From the NCBI GenBank assembly GCA_963767925.1, contig CAVYGB010000002.1:1248001-1312000 (forward strand): a DNA stretch of 64,000 nucleotides, given 5' to 3'. The notes below the pieces were generated by a model. It saw nothing but the letters and a program-made list of their open reading frames with translations. It did not search any database and had not been told where the DNA came from. The position numbers and the translations under genes are program-made. Source of the DNA: an uncultured delta proteobacterium (lineage in GTDB: Bacteria; Myxococcota_A; Polyangia; Fen-1088). Shown here one piece after another: positions 21,161 to 30,314 of the stretch. The first letter of the stretch is position 1. Each line of letters starts with the position of its first letter.

Positions 21161-23317
21161 ATGGCGAGCCGACCAAACGCAGGAGGACCAGGACCCGGCT
21201 CCATGCTGCAGCAAGGTGACGTGCGCGGCCTCGTCCGCAAGTATTCCGACGTCGGGCTGGCGCTGGTGGTCGTGGCGATCGTCGGGATGATGATCATCCC
21301 GCTGCCGACCTTCATCCTCGACCTGCTCATCGCGATCAACATGACGGTGGCGGTGACCCTGCTGCTGGTCGCCATCTACGTGAGCGAGGCGCTGAAGATC
21401 GCCACCTTCCCCACGCTGCTTGCTGCTCACCACTCTGTTCCGGCTGGCGATCGAGGTGTCTGCCACCCGCCTCATCCTGCTGCAAGGCCGACGCCGGCCA
21501 CGTGATTCACGCCTTCGGCAACTTCGTCGTCGCCGGCAACCTGGTGGTGGGCGCCGTCATCTTCTTCATCCTCACCATCATCCAGTTCATCGTCATCTCG
21601 AAGGGCTCGGAGCGGGTGGCCGAGGTGGGGGCCCGCTTCACCCTGGACGCCATGCCCGGCAAGCAGATGTCGATCGACGCCGAGCTGCGCGCCGGCCACA
21701 TCGACCACAACGAGGCCCGCCGCCGCCGCAGCATGCTGTCCCGGGAGTCGCAGTTCTTCGGCTCGATGGACGGCGCCATGAAGTTCGTCAAGGGCGACGC
21801 CATCGCCGGCATCATCGTGCTGGTCACCAACATCGTCGGCGGCCTCATCATCGGCATCGTGCATGCGGGGGATGGAGGCCGGCGAAGCCGCCCGCACCTA
21901 CACCATCTTGACCATCGGCGAGGGGCTGGTGGCCCAGATCCCGGCCCTCATCATCTCCACCGCGGCCGGCATCATCGTCACGCGCGTCGCCTCGGAGGAG
22001 GAGGGCGGCAACCTCGGCGCCGACATCGGCAATCAGATCCTGGGCCAGCCGAAGGCCCTGATGGTCTCCGCCGCCATGTTGATCCTGCTGGCCCTCGTGC
22101 CAGGCATGCCCAAGATTCCCTTCCTCGTCCTCTCGGCGCTCATCGGGACGGTGGGCTACCGTCTGATGAAGGCGGAGAAGGCCAAGGCCGCCGCCCCCGC
22201 CGGACAGGCTGCAGGCGCTGCCGCTCCGGGCGCGCCCGCGGGGGCGCCGCCGCAGGGCAAGGAGAAGGCCCCCGGCGCCAAGGCCGATCCCCCCTCCCCC
22301 GTCCTCACCCCGATCGCGCTCGAGCTGTCGACCGCGCTCGGCAACGCCTTCAACTCCGACGGCAGCGGCGGGCGCTTCGTCAAGGAGCTGCTCCCCCTGC
22401 TGCGCGAGCGGGTGTTCAACGAGCTCGGCATCCCCCTGCCGGCGGTGCGCATCCGCCCCGGCATCCCCGGCCTGGCGGCCAACGCCTACGCCATCCGCCT
22501 GCAGGAGGTGGTGATGGGCAAGGGCGAGCTGACCGTGGGGGGCGGGCTGGCCGCCGAGACCCCCGAGCGCCTGGCGGAGATGGGCATCCGGGGGCAGCCC
22601 GGGCAACTCCCCGAGGGGGGCCCCGCCACCTGGATCGCGGCCGCCGACCTGCCGCGCGCCAAATCGGCCGGCGTGCAGGCGCTGGGGATCGAGGAGGTCG
22701 TGGTCCGGCACCTCATCCACCTGGTGCGCCGCTACGGCTACGAGTTCATCGGCATCCAGGAGACCCAGGTGCTGATCGACGGGCTCGAGCGCACCCACCC
22801 GGCGCTGGTCCGGGAGGTGGTGCCCAAGCTTGTCTCCCCCGTCCTGCTGACCGACGTGCTCAAGCGGCTGGCCGAGGAACAGGTCTCGATCCGGGGCCTG
22901 CGGGAGGTGCTGGGCGCGCTGGCGGAGTGGGCCCCGGTCGAGCGCGATCCGGTGGCCCTGACCGAACACGTGCGTTCCGCCCTGCGGCGGCAGATCACGT
23001 CGAAGTACGCCGGCCCCAGCGGGGCGCTGCCGGTCTACCTGCTCGACCCCATGATCGAGGAGACCATCCGGGAGTCGATCCACAAGACGCAGACCGGCAG
23101 CTACCTGGCGCTCGAGCCGGCCCTGTCGCGCGACATCCTCGCGGCGGTGGGCCGGACCGTGAGCGGCGGGAGCAGCGCGGTCATCCTCACCAGCGCCGAG
23201 ATCCGCCGCTACGTCCGCCGCCTTGTCGAGTCCGAGTACCCCCAGCTCGCCGTGCTGTCGTACCAGGAGCTGTCCCCCGAGACCCAGCTCCAGCCCCTCG
23301 GCCGGATCAAGGTCTAG
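21161..23317 (+). CDS. sctV: Type III secretion export gate, FHIPEP family (SctV/LcrD/FlhA); frameshifts near 21420-21490 and 21860
   Basis: [116 protein letters not shown]. Confidence 0.92.
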
Positions 23318-23339
23318 CACCCCGCACGAGGTGAGCGCA

Positions 23340-23516
23340 GACCCCTCACCCCTCCCTCTCCCCGCTGCGCGGGGCGAGGGCGAACAATTTGCCAGGTGCC
23401 CCGATCATCTTCCGAGCAGCGAATCCATCTCGGACTTGCCGTGATTTCCGCGCCTCGTTGTCCGTTCGCCCTCGCCCCGCGGCAGCGGGGAGAGGGAGGG
23501 GTGAGGGGTCTCCGGC
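23340..23516. mobile_element. MITE/REPIN-like element copy B
   Basis: Inverted arms 23342-23385 and 23464-23508 around a 78-bp core that is the reverse-complement homologue of the copy C core. Confidence 0.75.
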
Positions 23517-23580
23517 GGGGTTCGGAGCCGGTGCAGGACGAGACTGCGCGAGGGTTCACGGTTCGGGGGCAAGGAGTGTC

Positions 23581-26391
23581 ATGATGACGGGAGTCATGCG
23601 TCCATTCGTGCGCGCTTCCTGGGTTTTCGGAACGTCGATCGCCCTGCTGGCCGGGCTGGGCTGTGCCTCGGCCGGGCTGCCGGATCAGCCGGTGCTCAAG
23701 GACTACAACCCCGACCAGTGGGTCGGCACGCCGAAGAGCGGGCTGCGGATCATCGTGCAAGAGGATCACAGCTCGCCGCTGGTCACGGTGGTCTCGACCT
23801 TCGGGGTGGGGGCCAAGAGCGATCCCAAAGGGGTCGAGGGGCTGGCCCACTTCGTCGAGCACCTGGTGTTCCGCTCGCGCCCGGGCGGCGGCGAGCAGAA
23901 GGTCTGGGACTACCTCAAGCAGATCGCCGTCGACTTCAACGCCACGACCTCCTGGGACTTCACGAACTATTACATCACCACCCACAAGGACAACTTCCCC
24001 CTGGTGATGCAACTCGAGGCCTGGCGGCTGGCCCGCACCATCGACGGCGTGACGCCCGAGGTGTTCGCCACCGAGAAGGAGGTGGTCCGCAACGAGCTCC
24101 GGCAGCGCTGGGAGACCACCGTCGGCAACAAGCTGTTCGACCTGATCTTCGAGCCGATCTTCCCGGTCGACCACCCCCTGCGCCGGCCGGTCGGCGGGAG
24201 CCACGACTCGCTCAACGCCGTCACGCTCGATCACGCCAAGGCCTTCGTGAAGGAGCACTACCGGCCCAACAACACCACCCTGGTGATCGCCGGGGACATC
24301 ACCCCCGAGGAGGTCCGCAAGCACCTCGGCATGTGGCCGGCGGAGGTGCTGTTCGGGCCGGGCGGGCCCGAGGGCCCCGAGGTGCAGCCCGCGCCCCGGA
24401 TCAGCCAGAGCCCCGCCCCTGCGGTGCCGCCGATCCAGAAGACGGAGCTGCAGCGGCACAAGGGGCCCATCGAGCAGCCCCTGCTGGTGCTGGCCTGGTC
24501 GCTCCCCGGCGGGCTGCGGGGCCAGGACACCATCGCCCAGTTCGCGGCCGGTCGCCTCAACCTGGCCATCGGCGGCCTCGACATGCGCGAGGAGGACGAC
24601 ATCCTCTCGGCCAGCGCGGGGGTCCAGAGCTTCGCCGACGCCTCGATCATGACGTTGTTCGCCGAGCTGCGCCCGGGCGCCGATCCGGAGAAGGCCCGCA
24701 AACGCTTGCTCGACGTGCTGGTCAACGCCTGGTCGACCGAGCTGGGGCGGCTGCAGACCGAGGCCACCCGCTGGGGGACCGCCACCAGCTTCCTGCGCCG
24801 CTCGGCCAGCCCGCTGGCCAGCGCGACCCAGGTCGGGTTCCACATGGCCGCGACCGGCAAGACCGCCTACTTCAAGGATCACCTGGAGGAGCTGGCCAAC
24901 GTCCAGTCGGGCGCGGTCATGCAGTTCGCCTACAAGTGGCTCACCCGCGAGCGCGCGGGCGCGGTCTACTTCGAGCCGGAGAGCGAGCAGATGCCCCAGG
25001 TGGTCGGGGGCGGCGGGCAGGCGGGCGGCGTGGCCTCGGCGGGCGCGCCCAAGAGCCACGACATGAGCCGGGGCATGACCCGCAACGCGGCCGAGCTGAC
25101 CTCCGACAAGCTCAAGAAGATGCTGCAGGCGCCGGGGATCGCCGGGGTCCCGAGCTTCAAGCTGGCCAACGGGCTGCAGGTGTTCGTCATCGAGCAGAAG
25201 TCGACGCCGATGGCCCAGATCCTCCTCGACCTGCGCGGCGGCGACGCCAGCACCAAGCCGGTGGGCGCGGCCAGCATGGCCGCCCGGCTGGCCCAGCCGA
25301 GCTGCCCCGAGCACCGCGGGCTCAGCGAGGTGGGCGGCTCGCTCGGCGCCAGCTTCGGCCTCACCAACTCGAGCCTGGGGGTGAGCGTGCTGTCGGGCAA
25401 CCTGGCCAACGGGCTGGCCGCCCTGCGCGACCGGGTGAGCTGCATGCAGGTCAGCGAGGAGATGTTCCTGCACGTCCCGCGCATGTTGCAGCAGTCGGGG
25501 CGGGTGTTCGAGCGCTCGGCGGTGCGGCCCGAGTTCATCGCCTCGAAGCGCTTTTACGGAGAGCTCTACCCCGGGCACCCCTTCGGGGAGGCCTCGTTCG
25601 TCAACCCGGCCAGCCTGAAGGACGTGCGCCACCAGGACGCCCAGGCCTTCGTGTCGAGCCACTTCCGGCCGGACAACGGGGTCGCCGTGGTGTACGGCGA
25701 CGTCTCGCTCAGTGACGTCAAGGCGCTGGGCGAACGCTACCTGGTCAACTGGCAGGGCGGCGGCGGCATCGCCATGAACACGCCGCCGGTGCCGGCCGGC
25801 CCCAGCGAGCGCAAGCTCCACCTGGTCAACCGGCCCAAGGCCACCCAGGCCACGGTGATGCTGGGCTGCCGCCTGGCGACCGTCCAGCCCGACCGGGTGC
25901 CCGCCTACGACGTCCTGCGCACGCTGGCCAGCGAGAGCGCCTGGGCGCTGCGCGAGGAGTGGGGCGCCACCTACGGCATCGGAGCGGGCGTGAGCCGGCG
26001 GCCGGACAACTCGGCCGAGCTGGTGCTGCAAGGGGCGGTGGAGAACGCCCAGGTCGGCAAGGCGGTGAGCCGGCTGCTGGGGGTGGTCAAGGAGCTGGGG
26101 ACCGCCACCGTGGACGAGCCGTTCTTCCTGAGCACCCGCTGGGACGTGGGGCGGACCTTCATGAGCTCGCTGGCCACCTCGGGGGCCAAGGCCAGCGCCA
26201 TCCTCAGCGCCATCGAACACGGCTGGCCGCTCGACGTCTGGGACAAGTACCCGGAGAACCTGGCCAGCACCACCCGGGACACGATCAAGGAGATCATGGC
26301 TCCCTGCGTGGGCAAGGAGGTGGTGGCCATCGTGGGCGACGCCGCCGTGCTGGGCCCCCAGCTCGAAAAAGAGGGGCTCAAGCTCCAGTAG
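23581..26391 (+). CDS. M16-family (insulinase/PqqL-like) zinc protease, lipoprotein
   Basis: Lipobox LAGLGC; inverted zinc motif HFVEH; NATTSWDFTNYY; EKEVVRNELRQR; second M16 half (LANGLQV, HPFG, LREEWGATYG). Confidence 0.92.
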   Translation: MMTGVMRPFVRASWVFGTSIALLAGLGCASAGLPDQPVLKDYNPDQWVGTPKSGLRIIVQEDHSSPLVTVVSTFGVGAKSDPKGVEGLAHFVEHLVFRSRPGGGEQKVWDYLKQIAVDFNATTSWDFTNYYITTHKDNFPLVMQLEAWRLARTIDGVTPEVFATEKEVVRNELRQRWETTVGNKLFDLIFEPIFPVDHPLRRPVGGSHDSLNAVTLDHAKAFVKEHYRPNNTTLVIAGDITPEEVRKHLGMWPAEVLFGPGGPEGPEVQPAPRISQSPAPAVPPIQKTELQRHKGPIEQPLLVLAWSLPGGLRGQDTIAQFAAGRLNLAIGGLDMREEDDILSASAGVQSFADASIMTLFAELRPGADPEKARKRLLDVLVNAWSTELGRLQTEATRWGTATSFLRRSASPLASATQVGFHMAATGKTAYFKDHLEELANVQSGAVMQFAYKWLTRERAGAVYFEPESEQMPQVVGGGGQAGGVASAGAPKSHDMSRGMTRNAAELTSDKLKKMLQAPGIAGVPSFKLANGLQVFVIEQKSTPMAQILLDLRGGDASTKPVGAASMAARLAQPSCPEHRGLSEVGGSLGASFGLTNSSLGVSVLSGNLANGLAALRDRVSCMQVSEEMFLHVPRMLQQSGRVFERSAVRPEFIASKRFYGELYPGHPFGEASFVNPASLKDVRHQDAQAFVSSHFRPDNGVAVVYGDVSLSDVKALGERYLVNWQGGGGIAMNTPPVPAGPSERKLHLVNRPKATQATVMLGCRLATVQPDRVPAYDVLRTLASESAWALREEWGATYGIGAGVSRRPDNSAELVLQGAVENAQVGKAVSRLLGVVKELGTATVDEPFFLSTRWDVGRTFMSSLATSGAKASAILSAIEHGWPLDVWDKYPENLASTTRDTIKEIMAPCVGKEVVAIVGDAAVLGPQLEKEGLKLQ

Positions 26392-26409
26392 CCGGCGCTC
26401 GTAGCAAGC

Positions 26410-27669
26410 ATGATCACGAAGACCCGCGCCGGCGCCGTGAACCTGGCGGTCCTGGTGGCCGCCCTCGGCTACTTCGTCGACATCTACGACCTCATCCTGT
26501 TCAGCGTGGTGCGGGTCAAGAGCCTGCAGGGGCTGGGGGTCGAGGGCGGGGCCCTGCTCGAAAAGGGCCTGTTCATCCTCAACATGCAGATGCTCGGCAT
26601 GCTGGTGGGCGGGATCTTGTGGGGCGTGCTGGGCGACCGGCGGGGGCGGCTCTCGGTGCTGTTCGGGTCGATCATCCTCTATTCGCTGGCCAACCTGGCC
26701 AACGGCATCCCGGACAAGCTGGCGGTCTGGACCGGCGGGGGGCTCGACGCCATCCAGATGTACGCGCTGATCCGCTTCGTGGCCGGGGTGGGCCTGGCGG
26801 GGGAGCTGGGCGCCGGGATCACCCTGGTCAGCGAGTCGATGCGCAAGGAGACGCGCGGCTACGGGACCACCATCGTCGCCACCGTGGGGATCTGCGGGGG
26901 CCTGGTGGCGGTGTTCGTGGGCAAGACCGCCGACTGGCGGGTGGCCTATTTCATCGGCGGCGGGATGGGGCTGGCCCTGCTGGTGCTGCGCCTCGGGGTG
27001 ATGGAGTCGGGGCTGTTCCAGAGCGTGCGGGCCACGGCCGTGTCGCGCGGGAACTTCCTGCACCTGTTCCGCAGCGCCGCCCGGGCCCGCCGCTACCTCT
27101 CGGTGATCCTGGTCGGCGTCCCAATCTGGTACGTGGTGGGGATCCTCATCACCTTCGCGCCCGAGCTGGGGCGGGCGATGGGCATGACCCGGCTGCCCAC
27201 CGGGCCCGACGCAGTCGTCTCGGTGTATGCCGGCCTGGTGGTCGGAGACCTGGCCAGCGGCCTGCTGAGCCAGGTGCTGCGCACGCGCAAGAAGGTGCTG
27301 GGCGGGTTCATCGTCATGACCGCCCTGTTCGTCGCCTTGTATTTCACCCTGGCCTCCCGCTCGCTGCCCATCTTCTACGGGGTGTGCGTCGGGCTGGGCC
27401 TGGCCATCGGCTACTGGGCGGTCTTCGTCAGCATGGCCAGCGAGCAGTTCGGCACCAACCTGCGGGCCACCGTCACCACCACCGCCCCCAACTTCGTGCG
27501 CGGCGCCGTGGTGGCGGTGACCTTCGCCTTCGAGCACCTGCGCGGGTCCCTCGGCGTCACCGGCGCCGCCCTGGCGGTGGGCGCCGCCACCCTGGTGCTG
27601 GCGCTGATCGCCCTGGCCAGCCTGCCCGAGACCTTCGGCCGCGACCTCGACTTCGTCGAGCCGGACTGA
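26410..27669 (+). CDS. MFS transporter
   Basis: About 12 hydrophobic segments; ALGYFVDIYDL, motif A GVLGDRRGR, RFVAGVGLAGE, SEQFGTNLRAT, LPETFGRDL. Confidence 0.93.
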   Translation: MITKTRAGAVNLAVLVAALGYFVDIYDLILFSVVRVKSLQGLGVEGGALLEKGLFILNMQMLGMLVGGILWGVLGDRRGRLSVLFGSIILYSLANLANGIPDKLAVWTGGGLDAIQMYALIRFVAGVGLAGELGAGITLVSESMRKETRGYGTTIVATVGICGGLVAVFVGKTADWRVAYFIGGGMGLALLVLRLGVMESGLFQSVRATAVSRGNFLHLFRSAARARRYLSVILVGVPIWYVVGILITFAPELGRAMGMTRLPTGPDAVVSVYAGLVVGDLASGLLSQVLRTRKKVLGGFIVMTALFVALYFTLASRSLPIFYGVCVGLGLAIGYWAVFVSMASEQFGTNLRATVTTTAPNFVRGAVVAVTFAFEHLRGSLGVTGAALAVGAATLVLALIALASLPETFGRDLDFVEPD

Positions 27670-27687
27670 CCGGCGCCCTCAGACGCC
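27616..27687. repeat. 72-bp direct repeat, left copy (island boundary)
   Basis: GCCAGCCTGCCCGAGACC...GGACTGACCGGCGCCCTCAGACGCC is identical to 30243-30314. Confidence 0.97.
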
Positions 27688-27751
27688 AAACGTCCCTCGA
27701 TGGGGGCGAGAGCTCGGACGAGGAGGACTACCTCGGTCCGCAGGCCGGCGT

Positions 27752-28402
27752 TCACGGAACTACAACGGGAGGTCGCCAGTCGCCCTCGGTCCCCACATTC
27801 ATTCCGAGCTCGACGTCTCCTTCGTACGCCGGAAGTGGGCGGCCAACTTGGCTGTCGAGGGAGAGCTCCGGACCCAGCACTTTCATGAAGCAATCGTGTA
27901 CCTCCTCGGGTACCCCACCGCCATCTTTCATACTGAGCACGGGGTCGGAGAGGACGGCCCCCTCAGGCCGCATTCGCGCCTTCCAAACCACTTTCATTTG
28001 GAGGGGCGATTCGTTGACCGAGGAGCATTGCTGCCGGGTTCCGGCCGCAACGCGGACGATCAGCGATTGGTGGAGGTTGTCCACGCTACGATGACGGAAG
28101 CGGAGCTTCTGATAGGGAGTCATCGTGCGCGGGATTGCATCCACCGAGGGCGCCGGGGGGAGCGCCTGTGCCTGCGCCAGCGCGCGCAAAGCCTGGGCGA
28201 CCTGGGGAGGCCCGATCGTCGCACCCGGGTACGAGCCCGGACCCCCCGCCTCAAAGGTGCTCGGCCCGCCAACGGTTGTTCTCGCGACGCCCGCTTCCGG
28301 CCTTCCTTGGGACAGCTGGAAGGCGACCGCACCGGAGACCAAGAATACGGTTGCCACGGCGATCCGAAACGTCGAGCGGCGCGAAGGAGTCGAAGTTCGC
28401 AC
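27752..28402 (-). CDS. Membrane-anchored hypothetical protein with a two-Cys C-terminal domain
   Basis: N-terminal TM (IAVATVFLVSGAVAF), Pro/Gly linker, C-terminal QQC...MKVVWK...PEGAV...VHDCFMKVL; third gene of the island operon. Confidence 0.65.
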   Translation of the reverse strand: MRTSTPSRRSTFRIAVATVFLVSGAVAFQLSQGRPEAGVARTTVGGPSTFEAGGPGSYPGATIGPPQVAQALRALAQAQALPPAPSVDAIPRTMTPYQKLRFRHRSVDNLHQSLIVRVAAGTRQQCSSVNESPLQMKVVWKARMRPEGAVLSDPVLSMKDGGGVPEEVHDCFMKVLGPELSLDSQVGRPLPAYEGDVELGMNVGTEGDWRPPVVVP

Positions 28403-28413
28403 GTGTCGGCTCC

Positions 28414-29148
28414 CTATTCTGGAAGGTTAACCTTGCCGAGCGTCTTCGATAGCTGGGCCTGCCCCGAGCGTACTTTTGCGAAGAACGAACGGCGAGCGGC
28501 CCGGTTCTGGTGCTGAAAGCTCGCGGGATCGCTGACGTCGTACTTGTCCGCCAACCGCCTCTCCTCGACCGCGTACCCCTCCTTCGGAGGGTATACGAGG
28601 TACACACTCGGTTTCCCGTCTACGCTCGTCGTTTTGAGCGTGGATGCGACCCGGATCGCGGCAAGGGCGGCGTTCACCTTTCGGTCCAGATCGCCCCCCA
28701 GCGTGGGCCAGGTGACAAGGCAAGTGCGCGTTCGGCACTCGACCTTTAAATCTCGCGCCTCCGGCACCAGAACTAGAAGATCGGCGAGACCGTCGGCGAG
28801 AGCACCCGTCTCCATCGCAGAGGCCCAGGGCCCATTGCGCGGTTCTCGGTCGAACAACTCGCTGGCGCTCGCCCCGAGCCTCATGAGAACGCGAGGATCG
28901 TAACCCGGCTTGACCGGATCCTTCTCCATGTCGGCGGGGAGCTCCGCCAGGCGAGGGCCGCAATCCCGGATGGGTCCATGTAGCCCACCAGTCTGTGGCC
29001 CGGTCGCGCTGCCGGCGGCCAGTGGAGCTGACCGCGGGAGTACCTCGGACCTATCACTAGTTAACCGTCGCGCCAACATCCCGCCGGCCGTGCCAGTAAT
29101 CGCGGCCAAAACCAGCCATGCCGAAGTGGAACGCCAGCTTGAGCTCAT
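28414..29148 (-). CDS. Membrane-anchored hypothetical protein (F-x-x-EPR-x3-WA ... VECRTRTC)
   Basis: ATG 29148 overlaps the peptide stop (ATGA); TM WLVLAAITGTAGGML; FDREPRNGPWASAME and KVECRTRTCLV motifs. Confidence 0.75.
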   Translation of the reverse strand: MSSSWRSTSAWLVLAAITGTAGGMLARRLTSDRSEVLPRSAPLAAGSATGPQTGGLHGPIRDCGPRLAELPADMEKDPVKPGYDPRVLMRLGASASELFDREPRNGPWASAMETGALADGLADLLVLVPEARDLKVECRTRTCLVTWPTLGGDLDRKVNAALAAIRVASTLKTTSVDGKPSVYLVYPPKEGYAVEERRLADKYDVSDPASFQHQNRAARRSFFAKVRSGQAQLSKTLGKVNLPE

Positions 29149-29417
29149 GAGCAGCACACAATTTGACAGGTGCTGTCGCAGTGACAACGGAAATACCCTT
29201 CTGGCTCGCCCTCGGGGCCACACTCCGGATATTCAGTCTCACTGGTAAAGCAGTCGCAGCCGCTGCCGCCACAACTGCTCACGCAGTCGTGATCCGAACA
29301 CATATCGCCACCAGAGTCCCCTGAGCATGCCAGGGTCTCGGGAGTAGACCCTAGGTAAACCCCAGTTCCAGCGGCGATCGCGATACCCAGCGGCAGGAGA
29401 AGTTTCGAAAGCATCAT
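29145..29417 (-). CDS. Secreted cysteine-rich acidic peptide (90 aa; 12 Cys in a predicted 60-aa mature part)
   Basis: GGAGG SD, then MMLSKLLLPLGIAIAAGTGVYLGSTPETLA|CSGDSGGDMCSDHDCVSSCGGSGCDCFTSETEYPECGPEGEPEGYFRCHCDSTCQIVCCS*; translationally coupled to the next gene. Confidence 0.8.
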   Translation of the reverse strand: MMLSKLLLPLGIAIAAGTGVYLGSTPETLACSGDSGGDMCSDHDCVSSCGGSGCDCFTSETEYPECGPEGEPEGYFRCHCDSTCQIVCCS

Positions 29418-29606
29418 GGTGTGACCTCCGTCTTTGGATCGCGATTCCGACTGCGGTCCGCGGTCCAGGTTCGAGAGAGACCATCGTCGTCGCTTGCTGA
29501 TCTCACAATCCTCCAAAGCGCTGTCAGCCGGACGCCGTCAGCTTGCTGGGGTGCTACCACCACTAAGTACCTCACCAGTATTTTACGTCGTCATGCTTCA
29601 TTTCCT

Positions 29607-29635
29607 TTGACGTGCGAATGTCTCGACGAGACAAT
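29607..29635 (+). promoter_or_regulatory. Putative sigma70 promoter with overlapping palindromic operator
   Basis: TTGACG (29607-29612), 17 nt, GACAAT (29630-29635); perfect inverted repeat TGTCTCG-A-CGAGACA at 29619-29633. Confidence 0.5.
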
Positions 29636-29661
29636 AATTTACGTCATGCGAAACCTTCGCC

Positions 29662-30024
29662 GTGCCGCCCCTGATGCAAGCGTCCCAACGTTCACCCAGG
29701 GGCAAACGACTCGAACCGACCTCGCCCACGGACGCCACATGCCCGCCCCACTTTGCATCGGCGCTGACCGTAGAAAACGCGGCCGTGGAGATGGGCCGGC
29801 GCTATGGGTTGAGCAAGAGACAAATTGAGATCGTGGCTCGGATCGGATTGGGCCTTCGAATCAAGAGCATCGCCGTGGAGCTCGACCTGGACCGCCGGAC
29901 GGTCACAGAACAGGTCTTCCGCGCCTGCGCCCGAACCGGCTCTAAAGATCGCGAGGCTCTTGCCGGTCGGCTGGTCGAGATTCTGCTGGACCTGGCAAAC
30001 CGAATGCGCGGCAACGATTTGTAG
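29662..30024 (+). CDS. Stand-alone LuxR/GerE-type HTH regulator (start uncertain)
   Basis: YGLSKRQIEIVARIGLGLRIKSIAVELDLDRRTVTEQVFRACARTG fits the LuxR HTH pattern; no receiver domain. Confidence 0.75.
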   Translation: MPPLMQASQRSPRGKRLEPTSPTDATCPPHFASALTVENAAVEMGRRYGLSKRQIEIVARIGLGLRIKSIAVELDLDRRTVTEQVFRACARTGSKDREALAGRLVEILLDLANRMRGNDL

Positions 30025-30044
30025 GGGCTCACATCTGGCCGGGG

Positions 30045-30296
30045 ATCACCTGGTAGCATTGTTCGTGAGCGAGACGGAGGACTGGTGGGTGGCTTGCTTC
30101 AGTCGGCGGTGGGATTGGGGCTGGCCCCTGCTGGTGCTCCGGCCAAGAGGTGAAGCCGGGGCTGTTCCAGGAGTGCACACCACGACGGTGTTGCGGGGAC
30201 CTTCCTGCGCCTTTCCACAGCGCCGCTCGGGCCCCGGCGACCGCCAGCCTGCCCGAGACCTTCGGCCGCGACCTCGACTTCGTCGAGCCGGACTGA
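30045..30296 (+). pseudogene. Decayed, internally deleted copy of the 3' half of the MFS gene
   Basis: 30048-30240 aligns by eye to MFS 26901-27095 (e.g. CTGGCCCCTGCTGGTGCT, GGGGCTGTTCCAG) with substitutions and indels, then jumps to the identical 3' end. Confidence 0.8.
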
Positions 30297-30314
30297 CCGG
30301 CGCCCTCAGACGCC
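30243..30314. repeat. 72-bp direct repeat, right copy (contains the cysK stop codon)
   Basis: Identical to 27616-27687. Confidence 0.97.

Larger units (their letters stand above)
27688..30242. mobile_element. Integrase-less genomic island (~2.6 kb) between the convergent MFS and cysK genes
   Basis: Bounded by 72-bp perfect direct repeats; visibly more A/T-rich with many A/T-ending codons; four non-housekeeping genes. Confidence 0.75.

Noticed and set aside
23314..27537. 1407-aa minus-strand ORF (and similar long ORFs 12538..14394, 15370..17067, 43673..45622)
   Set aside because: Antisense shadows of well-supported genes, typical of high-GC DNA.
27688..30242. Prophage, IS or classical RiPP cluster
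   Set aside because: No integrase, transposase, phage gene, radical SAM/YcaO/LanM enzyme or peptidase-ABC exporter is present.
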